Source: Hemiscyllium ocellatum (lineage: Eukaryota). Taken from it: 64,000 nt of DNA. The translations under genes and the position numbers were made by a program. The notes under the pieces were generated by a model. The model was given only the letters and a program-made list of their open reading frames with translations. It had not been told where the DNA came from and searched no databases. Positions 1 to 12,999 of this stretch are shown in pieces (position 1 is the stretch's first letter; every line of letters starts with the position of its first letter). Location: the NCBI RefSeq assembly GCF_020745735.1, contig NC_083419.1, forward strand, positions 55,152,135-55,216,134, given 5' to 3'.

Positions 1-91
1 GTAAATTCAAATAAACCTGTTGGACTATAACCTGATATCGTCTGACTTCTGACTTTGTCCCCGCCAGTCCAACACTGGCACCTCCACATCA
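1..91 (+). mobile_element. Penelope-like element terminal (pLTR tail) fragment, 'aaataaacctgttggactataacc' family
   Basis: Matches the reverse complement of 63225-63320 and 8688-8755; the latter carries a hammerhead core. Confidence 0.6.
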
Positions 92-694
92 CCGTCTTTA
101 AGTAGAAGAGAATGAGCATTTTATACTACATAGATTAAAGTCTTCAAAACAAGGAAATAGAATGATGTTTTATATTTACAGTAATCAAAAAAACTCTTTC
201 AGGTAAAGAGATTACAGCAGCATTGAGATACTGCAGAATTTAAAAGCTTTAAAGTAAAAATTTTTTAAAATCACATTTGAAAGTTATTGCTGGAGAAAAC
301 ATATTACCTACAAGATTTAACATCAGACTTTGGTAAACTAAAACAGAGGGACACAAGATTGGACTTTTCTCAGAGAAAAAAGATCTTCAGATATAAAATT
401 ACTTCAAACTTAATTACTAAATCTCAGGCTAAACAAATACATATACTACTGTCTTCAACAGGACCTCTGTCTGATGTTGTAAATCACCAAAACATTATCA
501 TATTATACTTTTGAAGAGGTTAACCAGCTTCTGACAATTACTTCAATCTCATAACAAATAAAATTCTTAAAAGTGCAAGATTTATTGAGAGTTCAACATC
601 CAAGGAAATCCATAAATTCATTAGTAATCTCAACAGGATAGTGTAAAACTGTGACCCTGAAATCACAAAACAAGACTGACAAAATTATTTAACA

Positions 695-920
695 ATAAAA
701 ACAAAGAACTGCGGATGCTGGAAATCTGAAACAAACTAAATTCCTAAAGAAGCTCAGAAGGTCTGGCAGTATCTGTGGACAGAAAGCACAGTTAATGGGT
801 TGGGTATAGTGACAATCTTTCAGATTGTGGTTGGGAAAACTTAAAAAAAGGTCTTGAGAGGAGTAACTGGACTCTAAACATTGCTGGCAGACTTGCTGAG
901 TTTCTCCATCAATTGCTTAA
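695..920. mobile_element. Decayed palindromic Penelope-derived terminal element (older family)
   Basis: ctcagaaggtctggcag arm and inverted ggcagacttgctgagtttctcc arm; same family as 2025-2122 and 14728-14958. Confidence 0.55.
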
Positions 921-1199
921 GACAAAATCATTTTTTGGAAACACTAAGGAGTCTTTGTCGGATTTAATGCAGTCCAAAGAAGATTGAACTTTGGCAAAAG
1001 CTATTCAGATTGTGATGGAAGCAGAAACCTGGTAGAATTTGATTTGATTTATTGTTGTCACATGTATCTAAGTGCAGTGAGCAGTTTTGTTTTGTGTGCA
1101 GTACAGGCAGATCACAGGCATTTAGACAGAGTAAAGTATACAAGGTGACAGCTGCACAGGAGTGCACAAAAACAAGGTCAACATTAAATTTAAAATTAC

Positions 1200-2013
1200 T
1201 AAGGAGAATTGAAGTTTAAAAGTGTGGATTTGACCTAAGAAATAAGAATAAGATCTGCTGTAGTGAGCTCGCAAAGAGTCACTTGGTGTTGGCACCACCT
1301 TGGAGAAAAATCTGGAGAGGACAAGCTTATCAAAAGGAGAGCAACAGTGCTTCATAAAGATCACCACTCTCAAGATAAATGCAACAAACCAACATAAGGA
1401 GTAGGCCAAACAGCATACCAAGAGAAACAAAATAAGCTTCCAAAGCATAAGCAATATCCAGTTATTATGAAAAAAATGCTTTATCTGTAAAACTATAGGT
1501 CACTGCCAGAGGACATGCAGAAGTAAAACACAGTTTCAGACTAGGGAAAAAAGTCAAATGTTTACAAAGATGTGATAGAACTGCCATCATCAAAAGAGAT
1601 GCCCAATACATTTCTAGGGGAAATTGGTGCTCCAACTGACTTGAGTTTGACAGGAGCTGTTTACATCATTGGACATTATTTTTAAGCTGGATACAGGTGC
1701 AAGTGTCACTGTTTTCTCAGATCAAAAACCAGGCTCAGGGAACCAAACATTTTACCTGAGAATGGTAAACTGGTCCAGGTGACATAACTTTCAAGGTTAA
1801 AAGATATATTATAAGAAACTCTGCAATACAATCAGCATAAGAGCATTGGGAATGTATATGTGATCTCAATGTTGAGTATTCATTTTTCAGCATCCACACC
1901 TGTCTAGATCTTAGCATCTTTGAGAAGGCAAGTATTCAAGTATTTCCAAGAGACAGCAAACAGGTCAAGAGAAACTATGTTTTACCAAGTCTATTCAAGG
2001 ACAAAGAAGTGAG
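1200..2013 (+). pseudogene. Decayed Gypsy/Ty3-type LTR retrotransposon gag-protease remnant
   Basis: CCHC knuckle CFICKTIGHCQRTC at 1477-1518 and aspartic protease motif FKLDTGASVTV at 1681-1713 in the same frame, separated by stops; limits approximate. Confidence 0.75.
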
Positions 2014-2024
2014 AGAATAACTGG

Positions 2025-2122
2025 AACAAAACCAATTGCTGGCAAAAACTCAGTAGGTCTGGCAGCATCTATGGGAAGAAAGCAGTGTTAACGTTTCAAG
2101 TCCAGTGACTCTTCTTCAGACC
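2025..2122 (-). mobile_element. Short Penelope-derived insertion with hammerhead-like core (CTGAAGA-agagtc-actg-gactt-GAAACGTT)
   Basis: 11-bp TSD agaataactgg at 2014-2024 and 2123-2133; core on the minus strand. Confidence 0.65.
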
Positions 2123-4164
2123 AGAATAACTGGTTCACCAACAAATTGTTGTCAGGGGCAAGTGGTAGAAGTTTCTTTGGATTTCTTAGACTTATAGCAG
2201 AGCCCAAAAGAAAAAACGATCTATTGAGATGACCTATATTAGTTTAGGGGAATTGTTTAATGCTGTCAACAAAGAAGGAAATCTGTGCACATCAAGGAAA
2301 GTCAGAAATATTTTCTATTTCTATCATTGCTGAAGAATCTTCAGGTGACAGAAAACAGCAGAATGTGAGCAGAAGCAAATAATGCCAACAGAAATGAGCA
2401 TTATGACCCTTTGAGCTCATTAAGGTATCGTGAATTGAAGAAATTCAGACACAAAACCATTTGCAGAACAAATCACTCCAACAGATTTAAATGTGTTGCC
2501 TCATTAGCTGACATCAAAAGCTCAAGAGAAATAATTCATTTTTTGTCTTCCAAAGCAACATTATCTTACTGTCACTGAAACTTCTAAGTTAAGGAGCTAC
2601 TCCCCAGTACCAAGACTGAGGGTTGAAAGGTGACTGGTAGAATAGCAAGAGGGCAAATGAGGATATCCAATCTAATCAGGCTGAAGTAAAGAATTTCCGT
2701 TCTTCAACACAGCTAATTTAGAATATTACACAAAATGGAGAATAGCTACATACAATTATGAAAGCCATGCAAACATCCACAGATACTGCACACAGACACA
2801 CTGAACCTACCTGGTTCAGAAATTGAGGATATTGCAAAGAAGAAAGTTCTTGTTTTCACGTGTCCATTCAAATATAAGCATTTTTCTTTATTTTTAAATT
2901 TGATAAAATGTTTTAATTCCTATAAAGTTGCCTCTCTGGAACTGAAAATTTACTTCATTTTGTTTTATTGTTCATTTTAAAACATTAATAATATATCTCT
3001 TTGACTGCCTTTTATCTCCATCAATCCTATCTATTTTTCCCTCTCTTTATTTTAGTTTCTGAGCAATATTTAATTGGATTAAATAACCCAACTCCAAGTG
3101 ATTCTTTAATCTGACTATCTGAGTGATCATATTGCTAACACTGTTCACACTGTTGATAACTCCCACGTTCACTGTAGTGGAGCCACACTGAAGCAAGAAC
3201 CTGATAACACTAAGTTGTCATGCGAAATCCCACAGAATATTTCAAGTGGCTCTACGAATGATGAGTGCCTTTGCTGCTGACCATAAAATCAATGCATTAT
3301 CTGCGCAAGTACATTGAATTTCTCCAATTACAAGTGGAAAATAAGGATCATTAATGCTGGATAAACAACTTGAGTATAATGGTGCACGCCAGGATTATTG
3401 TGTAACAGCCAGCAGTTTGAGGCAAGGAGGGGATACCCCTGTGAGGTGTAAAACACAAGACTCAGCTTTTTGAAAATGACAGCTACCCTTCCAACTCTTC
3501 GCACATTTCAAGAAATTGCTGTACTTGCACATTAACTGGCAATTAAGCTCAAACCAGAACACCACGTTACAGACGGCACGTTATGGAGCTCTATTACTGA
3601 AGAGATTCACATTTCTACAATAACAATCAACCACTCCAGTCAGAAAGCAGAAGGTAAACTGCAAACTTTCACTATTAGAAGTAGTAATTGAGATTTTTTA
3701 AAAAAGTTTAATCTTGTTTTCTTAATTTTCAAATTTGAATCCTGGTTTTTTCCCCCCACTTTCTTGTCTCATTTTCTCTCTTGATTAGCCTTCCTTTCCA
3801 TTCTTTTATTTTGCTTTCTGTACCCAACTTGACACATTGACCCTCTTTCCTTCTCCATAATTCTTTCATTTTCTTTTCAATCCTCCAATCTCAGTGAGTG
3901 TGGGAGACAGCCCGTTGATTCAGATGTTCACATCAATATTCAATGTCCATTGCCCTCCCTGAATCACGATCACTGCTCCTGGTAAACTGCCCATGGTAGT
4001 TAAGATGGGATTGTGGCAACCTTCTGCACAATCTCTGTCTCACTCAGTCACACAAAAAGAATGTCGCAAAGTGCCACATATCAAAAAAGATAGTTGCATA
4101 CAACAGAAATTTTACAGCCAAAATCAGCTTAACTGTAGCGCACTTCCAGCAATTCACTTCAACA

Positions 4165-4352
4165 CGTGTGGAATGAACCTCTGAGGAAGTGGTGGATGTT
4201 ACAATGTTTAAAACATTGTTGGGTAAAAACATGAAGGAAAAGGTTGGGAGGGATATGGACCAGGAGCAGGCAGGTGCGACTAGTCTAGTTTGGGATTACG
4301 TTCAGCATGGACTGGTTGGACCAAAGGGTCTGTTTCCGTGCCGTATGACTAT
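4165..4352 (+). mobile_element. CR1 (HER1-like) LINE 3' end fragment
   Basis: tggaatgaac..gaggaagtggtg..gggtctgtttccgtgccgtatgact tail shared with other copies in the window. Confidence 0.75.
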
Positions 4353-4419
4353 ATAATAGGTTGATTGAAAAATTAAGGGCATAACTGAACCAAAGGGAAA
4401 AACAAGCAAAACAAGAGCA

Positions 4420-5060
4420 AACAACATGGCCTGTCAAGCTTCTACCACCATTCAATGCAATTTTTGGCTGATCTTTGTCTTTAATTCCATGTTCCCACCT
4501 GTTCTCAATATCCCTTCAATCCCTGAGACGTCTGAACTACTTTCTCAGCCTTAAGTTATTCAATGATCTACAATGCATTGAGGAAACAATTCTAAATGAC
4601 TCTCAATCACTCAAATGAAGAAATTTCTCAGCTCAATCATAAATAATTTGCAGCTTATACTTATACTGAGCCTGATACACTAGACTTCCGAATCAAAGGA
4701 AACTTCTCTGTGCCTAACTTGCTAAGGTGTTTCAGAATCTTATTCGTATCAATATTCCTTGCTTCATTTTTCTCAAAAGCAAAGTTTTTGGGCTCAATTT
4801 ACTCCGTTTCTCATCATAAGGCATATCCTTCAACCCAGGTGTATAGCCTTCCTAAAACATGGAGACCAGAATAGCACATAGTATTTCAGATGTAATTTTA
4901 CCATAGCCCTATACAATTATAGCAAGACTTCTCTTCCCATAAACTAGTTCTCTGGCAATCAAGGCCAATATGTAACATGCCTCTCTGACACCCTGCTCTG
5001 AAAACCTTCAGCCGATGCTTAAAATGACTCATTACCTTTTTAGAGCTATAGTGATTTGCA
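4420..5060 (-). mobile_element. Old CR1-type LINE 3' fragment
   Basis: Degenerate similarity to 7725-8350 (ggagaccagaatagcaca). Confidence 0.5.
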
Positions 5061-5565
5061 AAGTTCCTCAGATACGCACGCAGAGGAAAAGCTAAATTCA
5101 CCATCAAAAACCAAGTGTTCCTAACAGACTCAAGTTACAATAACAAAGAAGAATGGAAGGGAACACCAAAATTTAGACGGATTTACAATCTATTCCAATT
5201 AACGTGTCACTTCTTTGGCACAAAACAAACTAATTATCCAATACCTAATTAGCCAACGTGGTTACAAAGAAGTTTAAACCATCCAATCATTTGATTGGAC
5301 TCACTTCAAGAGAAGACAGCACCTACATGTCATGCTCAGAGTTCAGATGGAAAATTTTTTTTAAAAAAAGCTTTTTACTAATTCAGATTTCCTCCAAGAA
5401 TCATTCATGCTTGCTAAACTTCCATGAGTCACAGGACTTGAATCTGAATGAGTGTTATGAGCACTTTGGTTGTTCACCAGGCGTAACGAAGTGTAGATAC
5501 CATTCTGCTATAAAAATGGTGGACAGAATTTGAAGAAACAATTCAAAAGGTTCAACAAAAAGTAG

Positions 5566-6020
5566 AGGAGAGAGTGAGGACTGGAGAGCAGATGCTGGAG
5601 ATTAGAGTCAAGATTAGAGTGGTGCTGGAAAAGCACAGCAGGTCAGGGCAGCATCTGAGGAGAATCACTACTGAGAAGAAGCAGACTCTACCACAGCCAT
5701 ATCTCCTTCCTCAGAGTTCTCCTCCTCTCTCTACAAGGATCTCTGTGAGTCTCTCTCTCTCACTGCAGACCCCAGGTCATCTCCTCTGCCCTAAAACTCT
5801 TCAGCCACATCCTGAAGCAGACTCGCACCATAGCCAATCTCCTTCCTCAGCCTTCAACACCTCCCCCAGCCCCACCCCACCCCTTCCCATTTTTCTCTCC
5901 AACCCCCTTGGCTCACAAGCCTCATTCCTGATGAAGGGCTTTTGTTCGAAACGTCAAATCTCCTGCCCCTCGGATGCTGCCTGACCTGCTGTGCTTTTCC
6001 AGCACCACACTCACGACTCA
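5566..6020 (+). mobile_element. Internally deleted Penelope-like element with inverted termini and hammerhead
   Basis: Inverted arms 5610-5662 and 5960-6015; hammerhead motif at 5924-5959; internal duplicated ORF-like segment. Confidence 0.7.
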
Positions 6021-6803
6021 ATAAAAGTACAGTGCATAGAATAACTCAGAGAGAAAGATCCAAATAATGGCTTTCTAAGGAGGCTAAGGATACCATTAAT
6101 TTGGAGGACTGCAGTATTTTCACAAGCAATTAATGAATGCTAAAAGTTAATTAAAAAGAATAAACCAGCCGTGCAATGTAACAGAAAAATCAAAGAGTGA
6201 GGAAATGAGACATTGAACAGAGTTTGTCGCTGTCTTCACTGTAGCAGGTATAAATTACACAATAGAAATAGAAGATGATATAAGACGAATAAGAGTGAGA
6301 AAAGTGAGAAATAAATATCAGCAGAGCCACTCGAGGCTCTAGGAACTAAAATCTAATAAATCCAGAGGATCCTGAAAGAAACAGTTGCAGAGGTGATGGA
6401 TGCACAGGCTATGATCTTACAAAATTCCCTCGATTCTACAATGTCCAGCCGACTGGAAGGGGTGAATGAGAAAACAAGAAAAATACACACCAAGTAAGTC
6501 TGACCCCAGTCATTAAGGAAGTGCTAGAATCTATTATTAAGGAAATCCTAACAACGCACTTACAAAACCATAGCATGAAATCAATGTGGATTTATGTAAG
6601 GAAAATAGTATTTGAAAAAACTCAGCCTCTAACTAGTATAATAAATAAATAGGAACCAGTAGATGTAGAACATTTGGATTTCCAAAATACATTCAATAAG
6701 TTGCCATACAAAACATTAATACATCAGATAATAGCTTATGGAACTGGGAGTCATATTTAGCATGGATAGAGGATTAAATAACTGCCAGGATGCGCAGAAT
6801 AGT

Positions 6804-7529
6804 TTAGGGTGTAGGTTTGCTCGCAGTCCGCAGATTCCTCAAGAAGAAACCATGACAAGCAGTAACCCTAACCACCTTACCATACATCAAAGAAGTTTCA
6901 GAAATGACAGCCAGACTACTAAGACCCCTCGGAATCCTAGTAGCACACAAACCCACCAACACCCTCAAACAAAAACTAACAAACTTAAAAGACCCAGTAC
7001 ATCCCATGGACAAAATCAACTTCGTCTACAAAATTCCATGCAAGGACGCCACAAACACTACATAGGACAAACAGGAAGAAAGTTAGCCACCAGGATACAC
7101 GAACACCAGCTAGCCACAAAAAGACACGACCCTCTCTCCCTCGTAGCCCTACACACGGAGGAAAAAAAAAGCACCATTGCGACTGGGACAACACTTCTAT
7201 CCTGAGACAGGCTAAGCAAAGGCATACCAGAGAACTCCTCGAGGCCTGGCACTCCAATCACAATGCCACAAACAAACACATAGATCTAGATACCATCCAT
7301 CAACCCCTCAGAAAATGAACAGGAAATGACATCACCACAAACCCCAGGAATCCCATCCAGGAAAAAGATATAAATAGAAAGCAGGAGACAACAGCTTCGC
7401 TTCACTTGGAGGTCGCCACTGATGATGTTACCTAGCCAGGTAATGAAACGTCTGGATATCAAACCTACAGCTCAGTGAGCAAACCTACACCCTAAACCTC
7501 AACCTGAGCTACAAACCTTCACAAACCTT
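6804..7529 (+). mobile_element. 5'-truncated Penelope-like retroelement with GIY-YIG endonuclease remnant
   Basis: VYKIPCKD..HYIGQTGRKLATRIHEH at about 7024-7110; short inverted terminus 6802-6823 vs 7478-7498; TSD gcagaatagt at 6794-6803 and 7530-7539. Confidence 0.9.
7416..7455 (+). ncRNA. Minimal type I hammerhead ribozyme in Penelope pLTR
   Basis: CCA-CTGATGA-t-gttacc(tagcca)ggtaat-GAAAC-GTC-TGG: stem I CCA/TGG, paired stem II, palindromic ACGT in place of stem III. Confidence 0.8.
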
Positions 7530-8353
7530 GCAGAATAGTGGATAAAAATGTTTATTCCATTTGGCAGACTATGATTATTACAATGCTGCAATGATCAATG
7601 CTAGAATCTCAGTTATTTACAAGTTGTATGCATGCCTTTTAGACAAATGATCCCAAGAGTAACGTAGCTTGCTTTGCTGACATTGGAAAGCTAGATGGGA
7701 ATGTAAGCTATGAGGAGGACGCATAGTTTCATAATAATAGGAGTAGGCTGTTTGGTCCATCAAGCCTGTTCCACCATTCTTTAAGATCATGGCTGATCTA
7801 TCCATCATCCCAGCTCCTCCTACCTGCCTTATCCCCATAACCCTCAATTCCCCTACCATGCAAAAACACATCCAACTGTGTCTTGAATGTATTTAATGAA
7901 GCTACCTCTACTGCTTCCTTGGGCAGAGAATTCCATAGATTCACTATTCTCTGGGAAAAGCATTCCTCCTCATCTCTGTCCTAAATCTACTCCCCTTTAT
8001 CTTGAAGCCATGTCCTCTAGTCCTAGTCTTACCCACCAGCAGAAACGGCTTGCCTGCCTCTATCTTATCTATCCCTTTTGTAATTTTACACGTTTCTATA
8101 AGATCCCCTCTCATTCTTCTAAATTCTAGCGAGTACAGTCCCAGATAGCTGAACCACTCCTCATCGGTTAACCCTCTCACCTCCAGAATCAATCTGGTGA
8201 ATCTCCTCTGCATCGTCTCCAAGCAAGTATATCCTTCCTCAAGTAAGGAGACCACAACTGCGCACGATACTCCAGATCCGGCCTCGCCAACACCCTATAC
8301 AATTGCAGCAGAACCTCCCTGCTCTTAAATTCAATCCCTCTAGCAATGAAGCC

Positions 8354-8672
8354 GATTAGATTAGATTAGTTTCCCTACTGTGTGGAAACAGGCCCTTCGG
8401 CTGAACCAGTCCACACTGACCCTCGGAAGAGTAACCCACCCAGACCCACTTCCCTCTGACTAATGCACCTAGCACTATGGGCAATTGAGCATGACCAATT
8501 CACCTGACCCGCATATCTGTGTGACTGTGGGAGGCAGCCGGAGCACCCAGAGGAAACCCACGCAGACACAGGGAGAATGCGCAAACTCCACACAAATGCC
8601 CAAGGCTGGAATCGAAACTAGGACCCTGGTGCTGTGAGGCAGCAATGCTAACCATTGAACCACTGTGCCGCC
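8354..8672 (-). mobile_element. HE1 / V-SINE
   Basis: tRNA-like head, V-domain gggtttcctctgggtgctccgg, (TAATC)n tail. Confidence 0.9.
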
Positions 8673-8687
8673 ACGATATTTAGTTTA

Positions 8688-8755
8688 AAATCAGTTATAG
8701 TCAACAGGTTTATTTGGAAGCACTAGCTTTCGGAGTATTGCTCTTCATCAGGTGT
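8688..8755 (-). mobile_element. Penelope-derived tail with hammerhead (CAC-CTGATGA..GAAA-GCTA-GTG)
   Basis: TSD tatttagttta at 8677-8687 and 8756-8766; stem I CAC/GTG; palindromic AGCT. Confidence 0.7.
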
Positions 8756-9809
8756 TATTTAGTTTACTTTCCTGATTACCTGTTGCAACGTTTAGCAATT
8801 CATGTACGAGCACTACAGCATACTGCAAAATTTTACCATTTAAATAATATTTTGACCTATTGCTTTTACTTCCGAAGTGGATAACCTCACATTAACCAAC
8901 ATGGTACTCCATTGGCCAGACCCTTGCCCACTCACTTAGCCTATTCGAGTCTGCCTACAGACGCTCCACATCCTCTAAACAGACACAAGGAGGCTTCAAA
9001 GAAATATAGACAGGTTAAAATGAGTGGGTTAACAACATGGCACGAGGAGAATAATGAGGGGAAGTCTGAAGTTATTCACTTTGATTTTCAAAGTAGAAAT
9101 GCAGCATTTTTTTAAAAGCACAAAATGTCAATGTTTCTAAAAGGAAAGCATACTCGTACAACAAACATTAAAGTTAATGTGCAGAGACAGGCAAAAAAGT
9201 GGGAAAACAAATTGAAATATTGTGGGACCAGACTACGAGAATAAAGAAGTTTGCACTATTGCACATAACGTTGGTGAAGCCACACCTGGGACACTGTCTC
9301 CACATTTACTTGCATGTTCCATACTTGTACTCAAGGCAGTAAATGAAAAATATAATAGATTAGTCCTCAGGATGAGGGGCGTCTCCTAGGATGAGAGGCT
9401 GAGCAAATTGGATCTATAGTCTCTACCATTCAGAAGAATGCAGGTTAATCTCATTGAAACATTCATGAAGGGAATGAAGAGCTTTGTCTTAGGCACAGTG
9501 AGTCTAAAACAAGCAGGCAGATTTTCAGGATAACAGGATGTTCATTTAGGACTGGGATTAGGAGTAATTTCTTCACCCCAAGGGAGGTAGTTTTTTTTTT
9601 AATTAATTTTCTACCTGAGGGTACCGGATGCACCATGCTTGAATAGATACAAGGCTGAGATAGAAAGATTTTGAGCCCTCAGGGCATCACAGGATATGGG
9701 GCACAGGTAGAAAGGTGGAGTTGAAGCCCGAGATCATTCATGATCAGGGGATATACGGTTTTCTCTTGCTCCAAATTCCTTCTTCTTGAAATCATCAACA
9801 TACACTAAC

Positions 9810-10190
9810 TTTCTTTAATTTATTTACAGGACACAGACACCGCTAGCCAGGTCAACATTTCTTACCCATCCAATTATCCTGAGAAGGTGGTGCTGAGCCA
9901 CCATCTGTTGCAACTGGAAAAGGTTTGATATAACTGAGCATTCCCAGTCCAGGACAGACAGCAGCCAAGTGTCAATTACTTCAGTATATTATCAAAATCA
10001 TAGTGATTATACCAGAGGTTTCCTTTCTTACTAGGCATGAGTGAATTAGTTCTTCTTTTGACTGACAGTTTAACCTTCACTTTTACTGATGCCAGCTTTT
10101 TATATCTTTAGAACGGATTTCAAATTCTGGAATTGCAATTCAGAGATTTAAACTCATGTTTTCTACATTATTAGTCTGGGTGTATAACCG
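9810..10190 (-). mobile_element. Decayed second SINE family / LINE-tail element
   Basis: Degenerate reverse-complement similarity to 53125-53482. Confidence 0.4.
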
Positions 10191-10866
10191 CAACATGTGT
10201 ATGTTTCACAATATGCTTTCAAACCGTATATGTTTTCAAATTCCAACTTCCTCACCTCGAGTAACATTCACTACCACCCCTAGTATCTCAGCTATTGTCT
10301 TTTAACCATTTCTATTCAATATAATTTACATAAATTGTATTTGGAGAAAGCATCTTAAGATAAATTTGAAATGAAAGAATCTTTAAATCATGTTGTCGGA
10401 TTCCCGTTGTAATTCACACAGTTTGACTTTATCACACATTTACCATTCCACTTTAGTAAAATTATTGGGAGAATGATGCAACAATATTATCATTTCATAT
10501 TTATCAACTACCCCACCGACACCTTCTACCCTTTCATCGTTGCAAAATAAAGTAATAGTTGAAGGTGTAATGATAAATGTTGTTTCTCAATATTTCATGC
10601 CACTCATCACTGCACAGTTAATCATGTAAGTGGTATGAGTATCCAGAAAGTGATCTATTTGAACAGCTTGTTTCTCATCAATACAGGTATTTCTTTACCA
10701 AAAATATTTTTTAAATAGTCAGATTGCATGCTGTAGACATCTTATTTGAATTATTATAGATGCTGCAACTGAACTTAGATCTCAGTTGTGATAAGCTTAT
10801 TAGAATAGTTCACTCAAATCTAAATCAAGTCTTCGTTTTACATCTTCCACCTAGCAATACTGAGAT

Positions 10867-11087
10867 ATAAGTTTAGAGTGATGCTGGAAAAGCACAGCAG
10901 GTCAGGCAGCATCTAAGGAGCAGGAAATTCGATGTTTCAGGCAAAAGCTCTTCATCAGGAATGAGGAAGGGCTTTTCTCAGAATCGTCAATTTTCCTGCT
11001 CCTCATATGCTGCCTGACCTGCTGTGCTTTTCCAGCATCACTCTAATCTTGACTCTGATCTCCAGCATCTGCAGTCCTCACTTTCGC
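10867..11087. mobile_element. Palindromic Penelope-derived hammerhead element
   Basis: Inverted arms; 13-bp TSD gcaatactgagat at 10854-10866 and 11088-11100. Confidence 0.85.
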
Positions 11088-11225
11088 GCAATACTGAGAT
11101 GCAACTCCAGTCATCTACAGCTCCATCTCTGCAGAAAATTATCATGTAACATACTTATAACTTATTGTACCCAATTGACCCAGCTATTTCTCTCTGTACA
11201 TGAAGTAATTAAGTGGCAATAACTT

Positions 11226-11425
11226 AAAATTTTGGCAAGTTATGAAGCAAAACAATCACAACGTACTTTGAGATCAAATTAGCAAAAGTGGAATTTCTAA
11301 GCTGGCCATTTGTTGAGATTCTGAAATATTAAAAAGGTTCATCAATCCTGATTTGTAATTATTTAAAACTAGCAAATGTGCAAGGTCTTTTAAATAAAAT
11401 TCCTTCCACTTCTTCATTAACCACA
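11226..11425 (+). repeat. ~200 bp direct repeat, copy 1
   Basis: Collinear, moderately diverged match to 12487-12686. Confidence 0.85.
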
Positions 11426-11569
11426 ATGAACAATGCATTGTCCAGCTTCTCCAGTCTGCAAATTACCAGACAACGAACCTTCTTTGTCATGAAATAAACA
11501 GACAGAATTTGAGAGACTGGTAATAGATAGTACTCATACCACCACCATGCCTGACCCAGGACAATGTGA

Positions 11570-11798
11570 ATCAAGACTAGAGTGGTGCTGGAAAAGCACA
11601 GCAGGTCAGGCAGCATCCGACAAGCAGGAAAATTGACGTTTCGGGCAGGAGCCCTTCATCAGGAGCCCATTCCTGATGAAGGACATTTGCCCGAAATGTT
11701 GATTTTCCTGCTCCTCGGATGCTGCCTGACCTGCTGTGCTTTTCCAGCACCACTCTAGTCTTGACTCTAATCTCCAGCAACTGCAGTCCTCACTTTCG
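11570..11798. mobile_element. Palindromic Penelope-derived hammerhead element
   Basis: Near-perfect inverted arms centred at about 11667; TSD cccagRacaatgtga at 11555-11569 and 11799-11813. Confidence 0.85.
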
Positions 11799-12126
11799 CC
11801 CAGAACAATGTGAGACAATCTACCTCACACAGATACAAAATGTTCAAGATGATAAGGAGTAAAGGAAAGATGAGTGATTCCCCTGTACGTTTAGAAAATC
11901 ACATTAGCATTGCAAAAAAAACACATGATACAAAAGTGGTCCACAAAAGCAGAGTCAGAATAGCAGGCCAGTTTTTGAAAACACCACTCAGACCAAAATA
12001 AGGAGAAAAGGCTATCCTTGTACAACATTGTTCAAGGAAACAGCAATAAGTGGAAAATAAAAATTATGGGGCCATTTAGCTCATCTAACATAAAGCCAGG
12101 AATGAAGACATCAACTTCATATTAAC

Positions 12127-12318
12127 CAGCATCTGAGGAGCAGAAGAATCGACATTTCGGGCATAAGCCTTTCATCAGGAATGATGAATCAATCCTGATG
12201 AAGGGTTTACACCCAAAACGTCGATTCTTCTGTTCCTCAGATGCTGCCTGACCTGCTGTGCCTTTCCATCAACACACTCTCGATCTGATCTCCAGCATCT
12301 GCAGTCCTCACTTTCTCT
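12127..12318. mobile_element. Palindromic Penelope-derived hammerhead element
   Basis: Inverted arms around 12185; TSD-like aagccaggaaYga at about 12093 and 12323. Confidence 0.8.
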
Positions 12319-12486
12319 ATATAAGCCAGGAACGACTAAACTTGTCAGCTGCATCAGGATGAGGATCAGCAGTCTTCCAGGTAGACTTTCTTCAGTGGAC
12401 TGGGGATAATTTAGGCTGACACAATATAGCATAGGTTGCAGGACACTATTCGACAATAAATTTTCAATTCTTCTGCTTCAAACAAA

Positions 12487-12686
12487 AAAATGTTGCCAAG
12501 TCATGAAGCAAAACATTCACAACTTGCTTTGAGGTCAAATTAGCATTAGTGAAATTTCTAAGCTAGCCATTTGTTCAGAGCCTGAAATATTCAAAGGTTA
12601 ATCAATACTGAATTGTAATTATTTAAAACTGACAGGTGTGCAAGATTCTTTTAAATAAAACTCCTTCCACTTATTCATTAGTCACA
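12487..12686 (+). repeat. ~200 bp direct repeat, copy 2
   Basis: Matches 11226-11425. Confidence 0.85.
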
Positions 12687-12999
12687 GAAATTTGACGTCT
12701 TTAAATGCCAGGAAAGCCAAGTATAACGCTTCTAAAACTCATAAACAGGATAAAAAAAGCTGAGTTACAGAAAAAGGTTCAGGATGACTACTGCTTAATA
12801 CATCTGCGGAAACTGTAGTTATTACAGCATTGGTAAGTTACCCTGATTAAAGTGATGAGAGTTTTGAAGTAAAGGAGTCTCTTGTATTTGATTATATCAA
12901 GGTAAACCCCAGCATGGATCTTACCAATGAACAAAAATGAAATATTCCTGATGTATTTTTAAGTAAATGGCTATCACTTTATTTATTGTTCAATTGTTA

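Larger units (their letters stand above)
6200..7720 (+). mobile_element. Old CR1 ORF2 remnant interrupted by a Penelope element; resumes at about 8990-9780
   Basis: Degenerate RT motifs (ttggatttccaaaatacattcaataag ~LDFQKAFDK; tttgctgacatt ~FADD). Confidence 0.55.
7725..8980 (-). mobile_element. CR1 LINE 3' portion interrupted by a SINE and a PLE fragment
   Basis: ORF 7944-8255 LETMQRRFTRLI..LYSLEFRRMRGDLIE..TRGH is the CR1 ORF2 C-terminus. Confidence 0.85.

Noticed and set aside
11226-12686. LTR pair of a small retroelement
   Set aside because: No TG..CA termini, PBS, PPT or TSD visible
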